Source: Epithemia pelagica
Taxonomy: Eukaryota; Protista; Bacillariophyta
NCBI GenBank assembly: GCA_946965045.2
Contig: OX337228.1
Span: forward strand, 3,286,001-3,350,000
Direction of reading: 5' to 3'
Length of the DNA: 64,000 nt
This document shows, piece by piece, positions 24,401 to 33,100 of the stretch (position 1 is the first letter of the stretch; each line of letters begins with the position of its first letter). Below the pieces are notes generated by a model, which was not told the DNA's origin, ran no database searches, and worked only from the letters and a program-made list of their open reading frames with translations. Both the position numbers and the translations under genes were made by a program.

Positions 24401-25320
24401 ACCAAACAGGCGACCACCTCTTTCGTTGCAACCAGGCCTCCAAAACCGCACTGTCCAACGCCGTGCGAGACACCCTTTTTGACATCCTCCGCAAAGCGGC
24501 GCCCGCCGCGAAAGCAGTTGATTCACTACATGATGTCCACCTTGAGCCACCGGGCTTGGCTCCACAACACAGCCGCAACATTTGCCCGGCCGACGTCGGC
24601 ATGCTTCTCACCCAACCACATCAAAATGACCCATTCAGATACGTAGCCATTGACGTAACAATTCCGCCTCCGCAGACCCCAACACCCCTTCCAGACCCGT
24701 CCGACCACAAATTCATCGCACAAGTTGCCTCGAGGACGCATCACGAAGCGGCAAGGGCAAAATACTGCCGTGATCCGGACACCGCCACACATTTACTCCA
24801 GAATGGTATCTACTTGATCCCCTTCACAGTGGACCACTTGGGATCGCTCGGCCACTTTGCCGACCGACTTCTCTTCAACCAAGACCACCCATTGCCCTTT
24901 TCCACAGCTGAACCGCCGGACTGGACCGATCCACACTTCGGCAAGTCTGCCGCCCGAAGCAATCGACACCCAGCCGCATACGCACTTTACCAGAACGTTG
25001 AACACGCTCCCGACAACATCCTCTCCCGAGCCAACAAAGACACCAAACTGCACTATCCAGAAGCCAACATCTACACAATCGCCCATTACGCCAAAGCCTC
25101 CCTGGCACACACCATCGTTTCGTCCCTGGCGATACATGCAAACAACCAAATTGCGGCCAACAGAGCACATACATCTGCGCAAAGATCGCGCACAACCCAG
25201 CTGGCAAACCTAGCAAGACCGAATTTCGCCCCGGTGACACCAATCTATTCCCCTCGTCCTGTCGATGATTTCCTCTCACCAGGACCGGACGCCCCACTCC
25301 TCTGCAGTTTCACCGCTTAG
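21490..25320 (+). CDS. ORF2: C2H2-like zinc fingers + reverse transcriptase + zinc knuckle + RLE endonuclease
   Basis: CPVPNC...HLITQH and CRHC...H; RPIGIG, LLDLRNMFN, GFPQGCPLSP, SIMDD, FLGQPIG; CRCSKNLDQTGDHLFRC; PAD...AIDVT...EAARAKY (PD-D/ExK-like). Confidence 0.92.
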   Translation: MSRQAQRIRHCPVPNCNWQVPTINRKPQAALKEHLITQHKETSPTDYMTPEYCTTHSFHICRHCDTPSTIYTTPGHLKQHITTTQSRKKTNIDLVTTTYRHLSPQAQAHWKESMAWLHQLQPQPPPFRRTTWHKLKHPLRREFFVCYNTVVSWVLESTPELHPSVLRDDQPPAWNNDSTPFWKLLVLLEPLLLAPIKGTVHKTHSDALRTRVSLFKNGRIKELHEMTWNPQPLPTNHRHTNRNKPKKPSRHHQQPQTTTQLPPNRLKSAQHAANVGNYTTAYKRLMSHMPTAKLTPPRIARIQEELFPKRRNPPPGTRATGTVQSPPPARQHLQLTKDLFELSLRQMKPGTASGPYATCTDALVSMALHKTANTPDATRPYFSNLMALTQLIVTGQIPITIQTLLAGNYFLALHKDLTNLEKLRPIGIGIALRRLAAKTALVHMTDAVRPILLKGGQYGIQTPGGVDFVAQTTTAAVHKYIHCDNEDNLPSRSLLLLDLRNMFNNTSRTAAREILINDPATAPLVPLYDLLTGKPCQSWFFDANHNPDYFLQEEGFPQGCPLSPLFSCLLLLALTNRINKEQAARAAARKANGDNYDDGKGGIAHSASIMDDTSICLPHPDIDWFIQRFQQLGEPMGIQLNGTKTKILTSTTQVSPKDRLPVHHQQCLQQALTLLCPDNPKTPELTSGTRFLGQPIGSAQFAQQFLRERLQTMETNLDKLNQLDDLQTRSSLFRYSFIPAILHLLPADIVQANPPANQRSTLWTSPITATTNRLIAKFVSTLASCVETDVTEQTTTIASLPNRLGGLGYHSAAAAAYPRLITQTARAIKLALSKSSPVPTHHQQQYINWEHSEDPAITAYRKGLSLFNAEYADQTLHDPDRFDHTTHNRQLNHVLKEHVIPRLIELTDPAQRAFLPSLLSPLTSMALHLPRPAERFRLDNPIFRTAIRRKLRLPLFHTQTNSRCRCSKNLDQTGDHLFRCNQASKTALSNAVRDTLFDILRKAAPAAKAVDSLHDVHLEPPGLAPQHSRNICPADVGMLLTQPHQNDPFRYVAIDVTIPPPQTPTPLPDPSDHKFIAQVASRTHHEAARAKYCRDPDTATHLLQNGIYLIPFTVDHLGSLGHFADRLLFNQDHPLPFSTAEPPDWTDPHFGKSAARSNRHPAAYALYQNVEHAPDNILSRANKDTKLHYPEANIYTIAHYAKASLAHTIVSSLAIHANNQIAANRAHTSAQRSRTTQLANLARPNFAPVTPIYSPRPVDDFLSPGPDAPLLCSFTA

Positions 25321-25387
25321 GAGTTCCATAAACCATAGCCCGTTAAATCTAAATCAAAAAAAAAAGAGGACGGCAGTCGTAACGGTA

Positions 25388-25694
25388 CTCGTCGCCTTGC
25401 AACTTGGGTCGACAAAGGGTCAAATCGCGCAAGGAGGGCGCTTGTGCCCGACGAGCCAGTAATCAGTAATCAGTAATCAGTAATCAGTAATCATGAATGG
25501 CATTGCGTTTTGAGTTTTGAGGTGTTGCGTTTGCGTTATCATTGATCTTATTAGCCATTCCCCTTGCAACTTGGAGACAAAGGGTCGAATCGCGCGAGGA
25601 GGGCGCTTGCGCCCGACGAGCCAATAATCAGTAATCAGCAATGGCATTGTGTTTTGAGGTGTTGCGTTATCATTGAACTTAGCCGTTCCATCCC
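25388..25694 (+). repeat. Degenerate tandem duplication (unit about 165 bp) with a (CAGTAAT)n heptamer array
   Basis: CCTTGCAACTTGG...GGGCGCTTG(T/C)GCCCGACGAGCCA starts at 25395 and again at about 25562; about 5.3 heptamer copies at 25457-25493 and about 2 in copy 2. Confidence 0.85.
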
Positions 25695-26190
25695 TTCTTG
25701 GTGTGAATGGAGATACACCTATCTCACCTAAGCTACTACTCCTAGAGGGGGCTGGGACTACCTACGCTATGTTGCTTCGTGTCGCATGCGCTGATGCTGC
25801 TCACCCATGCGAATCCAGGGTGAGCGATCAGCGCTGATCAGACTCGCGTGGTCACGGCGGGTCAGAGCTACATCACGCTCCCATAGGAATACTGAATACT
25901 GAACTCAGCCGTCCTTCTCCTTCGCCTTAGGCGATTCAATCATTCTCGCTCAACAGACAATGAAGAATCGGCGGAGGATTAGTCGGGGTTGATCATGACT
26001 CAATTTTTTTGGACGGCTCTCATTCACGATCATACAAGACTGGGAGCCACGGAAAACGCCATGGTCTGTACTCTGTACGCTGCTGCTGAAATGGCCCACT
26101 CGGGACTGCACTCAGTCGTCCTTGAGGTGAAGATCTTCGGTGGCAATCCGCATTGAAGCAATACTTCACACACCAACTGAAAGTTTCACC

Positions 26191-26973
26191 ATGGCCACCT
26201 ACGCCGCTCTCATCGTTGCGTCTCTCTTGTCGACAAGCTCGGCCTTTGTCTCACAGCAGGCTGCCCCTGCATCGTCCGTTGCGTTGAAAGCGACTGATGG
26301 TGTCTGGGATCCGATGGGTTTCTTGACTTTGGGTGAGGGAGAAGCTTTTGACACTTTCCCTTACATGTTCCCAAAGGAACAATTCTTGCGTGAAGCCGAG
26401 ATCAAACACGGTCGTCAGGCAATGCTTGCTTGGACAGGTGTTTGGGCTACCAGCAAGGTACGTACACACTTTCCTGATTGCCATGGTTGAATCCCCGTGG
26501 ATATCTCACGCGTCTTCCCTGCGCATTACTTTCACAGGATGCTTTCGGATTGGGATTGCATTTCCCTGGTGCCCCTGAATGCGATGACTGGACACAAGCG
26601 CTTGGTGTTTTCGCGAAGGAAGAACCTGCCGTTTTTGGAGCCATTTTGGGTCTGATCTCCATTGCTGAAGGAGAATCGGTTGGTCATTCTGGTGACAACT
26701 TCAATGGAGTGGTGTCCAAAGAACCAGGAAATCTCAACTTCGATTACCTTGGATTGAAGGCCAAACTCAGTGATGATGAAGTTGCTCGTTACAAGGATGT
26801 GGAAATCAAGGTAAGGGGATCATTCGCTGTGTATTCAATTGCTTCGCCAAATTATTACTCATAACCCTTCTCTTCAGAACGGAAGAGCTGCTATGATTGC
26901 AATGGCATCACTTTTTGCTTTCAAATCTATCCCCGGATCTGTTCCCATCATGGACCTCCTTGGTGCTAACTAA
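26191..26973 (+). CDS. Light-harvesting (fucoxanthin-chlorophyll a/c-type) protein, 3 exons (26191-26457, 26538-26810, 26878-26973), 211 aa
   Basis: Presequence ...STSSA|FVSQ; WDPMGF, FLREAEIKHGRQAM, GNLNFDYLGL, EIK/NGRAAMIA; two GT-AG introns. Confidence 0.93.
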
Positions 26974-27155
26974 GCATTTTCAGCCGACGACGAGAGGGTT
27001 GTTCAATTGGAGTTGCTATCTGGCATGCTAGGTTCCTAGGTCCCTATTGCTCGGTGAAAAGATAAGCAATTCACCACATTTTGCAAAATAGCTGTGGTCG
27101 TTTCGCGTCATGATAATTTTGCACTTCTCTTGATGTAGATAGGTCATCGAAATGA

Positions 27156-27851
27156 TCACAACCGTGGTGTCATACTCGAATGAAGTGCACGCCATCCACT
27201 CATGAGAATTAATCCACATCCCAGTTCAAGTGGTAAGAGTTCTTCCCCACCAAATCCTCCTATTGGTCTATGTTCCACAACTGCTAGAAGAAGAGCTACC
27301 ACAAGGCGTATGTTGATCGATCCAATGAAAGTGTGAAATGCCAAAAGAAACGCAGCTTTGGGCCCAGCGCGTTCATCGGCAGAACCATAGTGACCATCAA
27401 CAGCCGAATACAGAAAAACTCCATTCCACAAACCAGCTACAACCCAACACAATGCCAGTAAACATCCTTCGTTGAATGCTTGCCCAATAAAGTCCAACTT
27501 CATCCGGTGAACAACCCAAAACGATATGGACAGTGACAAGTTGACCAGCAGAAACACATCATACAGAAGTAAGTCAGGGTCGTCAACATCTACAGGAGGT
27601 CTTGGACGAGGCCACTGAAAAAAATCATGACGCTGTGTTTTCCGGCTGGGCTTCGTCTCCACGTCATTGTCCTCATCATGAGCAGGGCCGCATTGGAGTG
27701 AAGGATAAAGGGGTTCAAACTCTTCAAGTTTCCCAGTACATACGATAGGCATCGGTCGTACCCGTGAGGATGAAAGTATCAAATCACAGGGTAGATCGGT
27801 TTTGACTTTCGGGCCCACCAGGAGATGCAATAACACGTTTGATATTCTCAT
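27156..27851 (-). CDS. Hypothetical multi-pass membrane protein (231 aa)
   Basis: Single ORF with about four hydrophobic segments (e.g. LLLYDVFLLVNLSLSISFWVV, CLLALCWVVAGLWNGVFLY); family not recognised. Confidence 0.65.
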   Translation of the reverse strand: MRISNVLLHLLVGPKVKTDLPCDLILSSSRVRPMPIVCTGKLEEFEPLYPSLQCGPAHDEDNDVETKPSRKTQRHDFFQWPRPRPPVDVDDPDLLLYDVFLLVNLSLSISFWVVHRMKLDFIGQAFNEGCLLALCWVVAGLWNGVFLYSAVDGHYGSADERAGPKAAFLLAFHTFIGSINIRLVVALLLAVVEHRPIGGFGGEELLPLELGCGLILMSGWRALHSSMTPRL

Positions 27852-28012
27852 TCTTGAAGTGTTGTTGTTCGATGAACTTACGGAATGATGAAAGATAGAT
27901 CGGGGAAAGCGGAACCTTTTAGTCGGACATCATAATCAGTCCTGAGTCACGAATACCTACGTCAGCATTCCGCAACCTGCGCACACAACGTTTTCTTTAT
28001 TCCGCCTATTTG

Positions 28013-28919
28013 ATGATTGATGAGTCCACAATGATTTCTAAGATATTGTTGCTTTGCTTTCAAATCTTTCTAGTAATATCGAGCGAAAGCTCAGCTCTTG
28101 CACCGCCGAGTCTTACAAGCAATCCACCCTCCCGCGACAGTTTTGCCAAAGTGGCATCCGATGCCGTGACCTTGTGCTTGATACTAGCAGTTGGTACTTC
28201 TGCACCCGCATTTGCGGACGAAATTGGAGTTGAGAAAGATGCTCCAACTCTCTACACTGGAGAAACAGTAGAGGTATGTCATTGTGCTTGATTACTTGAC
28301 GAAGTTTCGAGTTTTAGGAGCTGACGCCTTCAATTTTGTTTGTTTCGAACAGATATGCACCAAACGTGGTCCTTTGGGTGCCTGTCTTCAAACTGAATTT
28401 CGGACGGAGCAAAACGACAATGATAAAGCTAACAAGTACTTCAGCTATACCTCGAAAGCTTTGCGTGAGAAAAATGAAGTTCTGCAGGGAAGTGCGGAGG
28501 GGGAAAGCAACGCCTTGATTGAGCGGTTGAAACAACAAACAGAGGACAATCGAGAAAAGAACAAACTAGACGTCGAGCGAAAAACATTTGAGAATGATCA
28601 GGTTCGTCAATGAAATAATGAAAAGTTCGAGTTCAGAATACGTTCAGATTTCCTCCACTTATCCTTTGACGTTTTGTTTGATGATCCTCAGTCCGCAACG
28701 TTCGGTCCGTTTGACCGACAAGTTGTTATCATGAATACCGATGGCAAAACTTTTACGTTACTGCAGAATCCACAGGCCATGCGACTGAAAAAGGCTGGTT
28801 TCATTGTAGATCGGAAGTTTGTGAAGCAGCCCACAGCCGAGGAACTAGATCAAGTGCTGGAAGCCGAAGGTGAAGGTATTGCCGGAGCCCTTCAATCTTT
28901 GTTAAGTGGTGGGCAGTAG
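28013..28919 (+). CDS. Hypothetical plastid (possibly thylakoid-lumen) protein, 3 exons (28013-28273, 28353-28601, 28692-28919)
   Basis: Three ORF pieces join in frame across GT-AG introns. Signal peptide, then a second hydrophobic stretch ending PAFA|DEIG (AxA cleavage-like). ATG 28031 is an alternative start. Confidence 0.7.
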
Positions 28920-29358
28920 GTGGAAAATGATTGCATTATTCGCCCTTGCATTTCCGCCGTCTCAGATTGTTTTCCGGAAACAATATGATAAGATAGTTGA
29001 TCCTCAATCTCATTTTGATTGAGTCTGAGCTAGGAATTAGGATCTACTCTATCAGTGATGGAGTATATTTGAAGTGTCGTGCCTACATTACTTCGGGTGT
29101 CGATTGGTCTATTTTCGATTGGTGATTGGTGTCCCTGTTGAGGATAGCTGAGCAACCGGTGATTATAGAGGACCAAGGTGCGACCAGCGACGGGAAGAAG
29201 GATCTGAAAGATACGGAGTCATGGACATTGGTCTGTCGACGTGGCAAAAGCAACGAAAGAACGAACAAGAGAGCCAACGCTCATTCAATGGAGAATACGT
29301 AGTTCGATAAGCCTATAAAGAGTTGCTTTTACGGCACGGCTTGTTAGAAGTTTCAACA

Positions 29359-29372
29359 TATTCTCCATTGAA
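29359..29372 (+). promoter_or_regulatory. Primer-binding-site position of element 1 (non-tRNA type, complementary to its own LTR)
   Basis: TATTCTCCATTGAA directly after the 5' LTR; reverse complement TTCAATGGAGAATA at 29284-29297. Confidence 0.75.
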
Positions 29373-29423
29373 AATTTGTTATCATTACACTAAGTACCTC
29401 CGTTGTTGACGTGAAGTACTCTT

Positions 29424-30107
29424 ATGAGTGAAGAGGGCACAAGTGAACGCGTACAAGCTTTATTATCGGAACTGGCCCAACTCACTATCGAACAAGAGGA
29501 TCTCTTACACGAAGCGGAGCAGCGCTACCAACAACGCTTTCGCACCAAGGAGGTGCAGCATCGCGAGGCCATCGCTGCACTGGAGCGACAACGAGAAATC
29601 GAGAGAGACAACGATTACAAGGAAACGGAGATTCGGAAACAGCTGATCTTCGAGGAGACACAGCAAAAGCGACGCACTTTGCTAGCCAAAATCAAGCGGA
29701 CTGAGCAAGGTCCACCAAACTGCGTGGCTACATACCCAGAGCACTCCGCTGAAGCGTATCTTGTGGAACCGAACCAAGAAGACAATTCGGAAGAGAATCA
29801 AGATCGTCGTTCATCTCCAGTGGCTCTCGTTGACCTGATCCGAGAAACACCGGACGGTGAAATCGAAACGGAAACAATCATCCCTGCTATTCCACCACAA
29901 AGAGGCGTACTCCCACGGTGGATTCCAATTGGAACTCGAGTTTGGGTATTGAATACTCTCAAGTTGAAGGAAACAGTGGGACAAACACACCTCCAAGGCA
30001 CAGTGTCACACCACGGAACGTTATATCACTTCATCAAGATTTGGAATCCCATCACAAAAGATACAGAAGAACACCGCCGCCATCGTGACAGCATTGCGAT
30101 TGTGTAA
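29424..30107 (+). CDS. Extra ORF upstream of gag in element 1 (227 aa; coiled coil + C-terminal KOW/SH3-like domain)
   Basis: Intact ATG-to-stop ORF between the PBS position and gag, ending 5 nt before the gag ATG; homologous C-terminus in element 2. Confidence 0.8.
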   Translation: MSEEGTSERVQALLSELAQLTIEQEDLLHEAEQRYQQRFRTKEVQHREAIAALERQREIERDNDYKETEIRKQLIFEETQQKRRTLLAKIKRTEQGPPNCVATYPEHSAEAYLVEPNQEDNSEENQDRRSSPVALVDLIRETPDGEIETETIIPAIPPQRGVLPRWIPIGTRVWVLNTLKLKETVGQTHLQGTVSHHGTLYHFIKIWNPITKDTEEHRRHRDSIAIV

Positions 30108-30112
30108 ACAAG

Positions 30113-33100
30113 ATGTCTCAACAAGGCAACGCAAATCGTCCAGACACGGTTGAGTCTAGCTCCCGGTCGAGTGGACAGCAACGTCAAGGCAGAGGCGGAC
30201 GAGGAAGAGGACGAGGATGGCAGAATCAGGCTCAACAATCCAACTCGCCTAGATTTCAAGGCCAAGAACCGTCGCTTAAAGAATGCATATTTGATTATAG
30301 TGAGGATCCGCAATCGAAGCGCTATCTACGAAACGTCGAGTTATTGATCGGCTACGTCGGTAGTAATTTTGATCGACACAATCAGGAGTTCCAACAAGCA
30401 CTCGAAGCATTGAAACTACCCGACCCAGAAGAAGCAACAAAACCAAAAGACCCCACAGATATGATCCAAATGGAAGAGTGGAAGATGGCGTACAAAGCAC
30501 GCCAGGAGCAAATGGTCCTCTACAAAAACTTTCGGGCAGCGCTCTACAGCTTGATTATGGGACAGTGTACCCCGCTACTCAAGGATAAGCTACAGGCCCA
30601 CGAGACCTTTGGAGAGATCAAGAAGCTGCGTGATGGTGTGGATCTCTTGAAACTTATCAAGCAAATCACATTCACCTTTGATTCCGGACGCATATTCACT
30701 CTCGTCGCCCGAGATAAGCTCAAGGAAGATTTCTATAGTCTGAGGCGACGAAATAACCAAAGTCTCCATTCCTATTACGAGGTATTCCGAGCCAAAGTCA
30801 AGGTCTTGAATGAAGCCGGGATCGTCCTTTACGAGAAGGACATGCTGGAACGAGTGGCCAAGGAAAAGAAACACACAGCACCTTCTTCCGACGACCACGA
30901 GGACGCCCAAAATCGTTGTATTGCCATTCGATTCATCCAATCTTGTGGCAACAAGGAGTACGAAGCACATTTGCAAAATATGTTCTTGGATGGACAGAAT
31001 GTATATCCCAAGACGCTTGCCAATGCTCGTGCAATCCTGGACAATCGAATGACAGGAAAACCAAAGAACAATCCTGGTCAGAGCAACGGTCAGCCCGACA
31101 ACGCCACCGGTGTGGCGTATGTAACAAGTGGAGAGACGAGTTTGCCCGATTCCACTATGACAGGCCACTCCAATGCGACAACTGCAACAGGATCACAAGC
31201 AAGTGGCTCCCAAGCATCAACAACACAGAGTCGCTCAAATCGAACCAAGTCACAAGCCGAGGGTAACAATGAATCCAATCGAGGTGTGCTAACCTCATCA
31301 AACAGGGGCTCATCCGTCAACTGCGACTCACCTGATTATGTTTTCTCTTCCTCTACCATGCAGGCTAGCATTCCCCCTCAATGGCTGTTACTGGACAATC
31401 AGTCCACCGTTGACATCATCAAAGATCCATCCTTATTAAAAAATATTCATTCGTCTGAGAATCCCATCGTCATTCAGAGTCATGCCGGACAGAGGACTCT
31501 TCAGTTGCGAGGACTCCTGCCTGGATACGGCATCGTATGGCATGACCCGGAGGGTCCAGCCAACATCATCTCCCTAAACAACGCCCACACAAGATTTCAC
31601 ATCAAATACGACAGCGACCATGGAAACTCATTCGCCTTACATGACCGAGCCACTGGTAGGCTAAAACACAAGTTCAATCCAAGCCCAGAAGGTTTATTCT
31701 ATCTTGATACATCGATGTTACAGAGTAGCTTCGTAACCACTGTTAGCGAAAACGAAGATTCTTACTCCCCGGAAGAAATTCGTAGAGCCAAGTTGGCCAG
31801 ATCACTCCTAGCGAAGATAGGACGGCCTTCTACCAAGGATTATCTTCATATCCTAAGGCACAACCTACCACCAAATGCTAACATTACTACTGACGATGTA
31901 CACAGGGCCGAGAAGATCTACGGTCAAGATTTGGGAACGCTCAAAGGCAAGACAACTAGACGCAAGTCTCCATTTGTCGACACGTCCACGACAGTACCAC
32001 CTCGCATTGCTGAGGAGCACAAGGATGTCACGTTGACCATTGATGTCATGCACGTGAACAATGTACCATTCCTTGTCACCACATCAAGGAAAATACATTT
32101 CGGTACGATGGACGCCATACAATCAACCACCGATACCAATATTATACAATCCCTGAAGAAGACTGTGGCAGTTTACCAACGTGGTGGGATTAGACCGAGA
32201 ATTGTGTTGGCTGATGGTGCATTCACAAGTGATGATATGCAAGCCAGTCTTCAACTCCTCGGTATCACCATCAACCCCACTGCCAGGGATGAGCATGTAG
32301 GTGATGTGGAACGTTACATCAGGACTGTGAAGGAGAGGATGCACTGTGTTTATAACACGCTTCCTTTCGATGCCCTACCGAAGGTCATGTTGATAGAACT
32401 GGCCAAATTTGCTACGTTCTGGTTAAACTGCTTCCCACATCATACCGGCATTTCCAAAACACAAAGTCCACGCCTACTCGTGACCGGTGAGCATGTCGAT
32501 TTCAACAAACATTGTCGGTATGAATTTGGCCAATACGTGCAGTGCCATGAGCAGCACGATAACACCATGGCCCCAAGAACCATCGGAGCTATCGCATTGA
32601 GGCCAACCGGTAACAGGCAAGGAAGTTATTACTTCCTTAGCCTCACTAGCGGCAGAGTAATCACAAGGAATCATGCCACCGCTTTACCGATGCCAGCAGA
32701 AGTCATTCAACGGGTGCACCAGTTGGCACAAAGTCAGGAAATGCAACCGGGATTAGCGTTCGGGAATCGTGACAACAGAATCTTGTTCCTAGACGAGAAC
32801 AATGAACTGTTTGATGATGATGACGATTCCTATGAAGATGTACAGGACATGGACGAGGATCTGCGGGATGACGATGATCTAGTTGAGAATGAATTAGCTG
32901 AAGAGGACGTGCCTGGTGTTGAAAATGTCATAAACGAGCCAGAGCCCAACCAACCGTTGGACAATTTGGATCTTGAACCGTTGGAAATCCAAGGAGTGGG
33001 GGCAGAAGCCAATCTGCCTGTTCCGGTAGACGATGAACAATATCATGAGGCGCAGGAACAAGACAATAACGATGCGATCAATGATGATGCTTTGGAGGAT

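Larger units (their letters stand above)
18225..25365 (+). mobile_element. Non-LTR retrotransposon with two ORFs and a restriction-like endonuclease (CRE/R2-group type); 5' boundary approximate
   Basis: Abrupt switch to a C/A-rich strand at about 18225; two long uninterrupted ORFs; A10 tract at 25356-25365, 35 nt after the ORF2 stop. No TSD identified. Confidence 0.88.

Noticed and set aside
25457-25493. CAGTAAT array as a telomere or CRISPR repeat
   Set aside because: Only about 5 contiguous heptamers with no spacers, at an internal position, and not TTAGGG-like.
29359-29376. Conventional tRNA primer-binding site, including priming by the local tRNA-Thr
   Set aside because: Neither element has TGG after the LTR, and neither PBS is complementary to the tRNA-Thr at 14560-14639. 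Other tRNA halves cannot be excluded without the genome's tRNA set.
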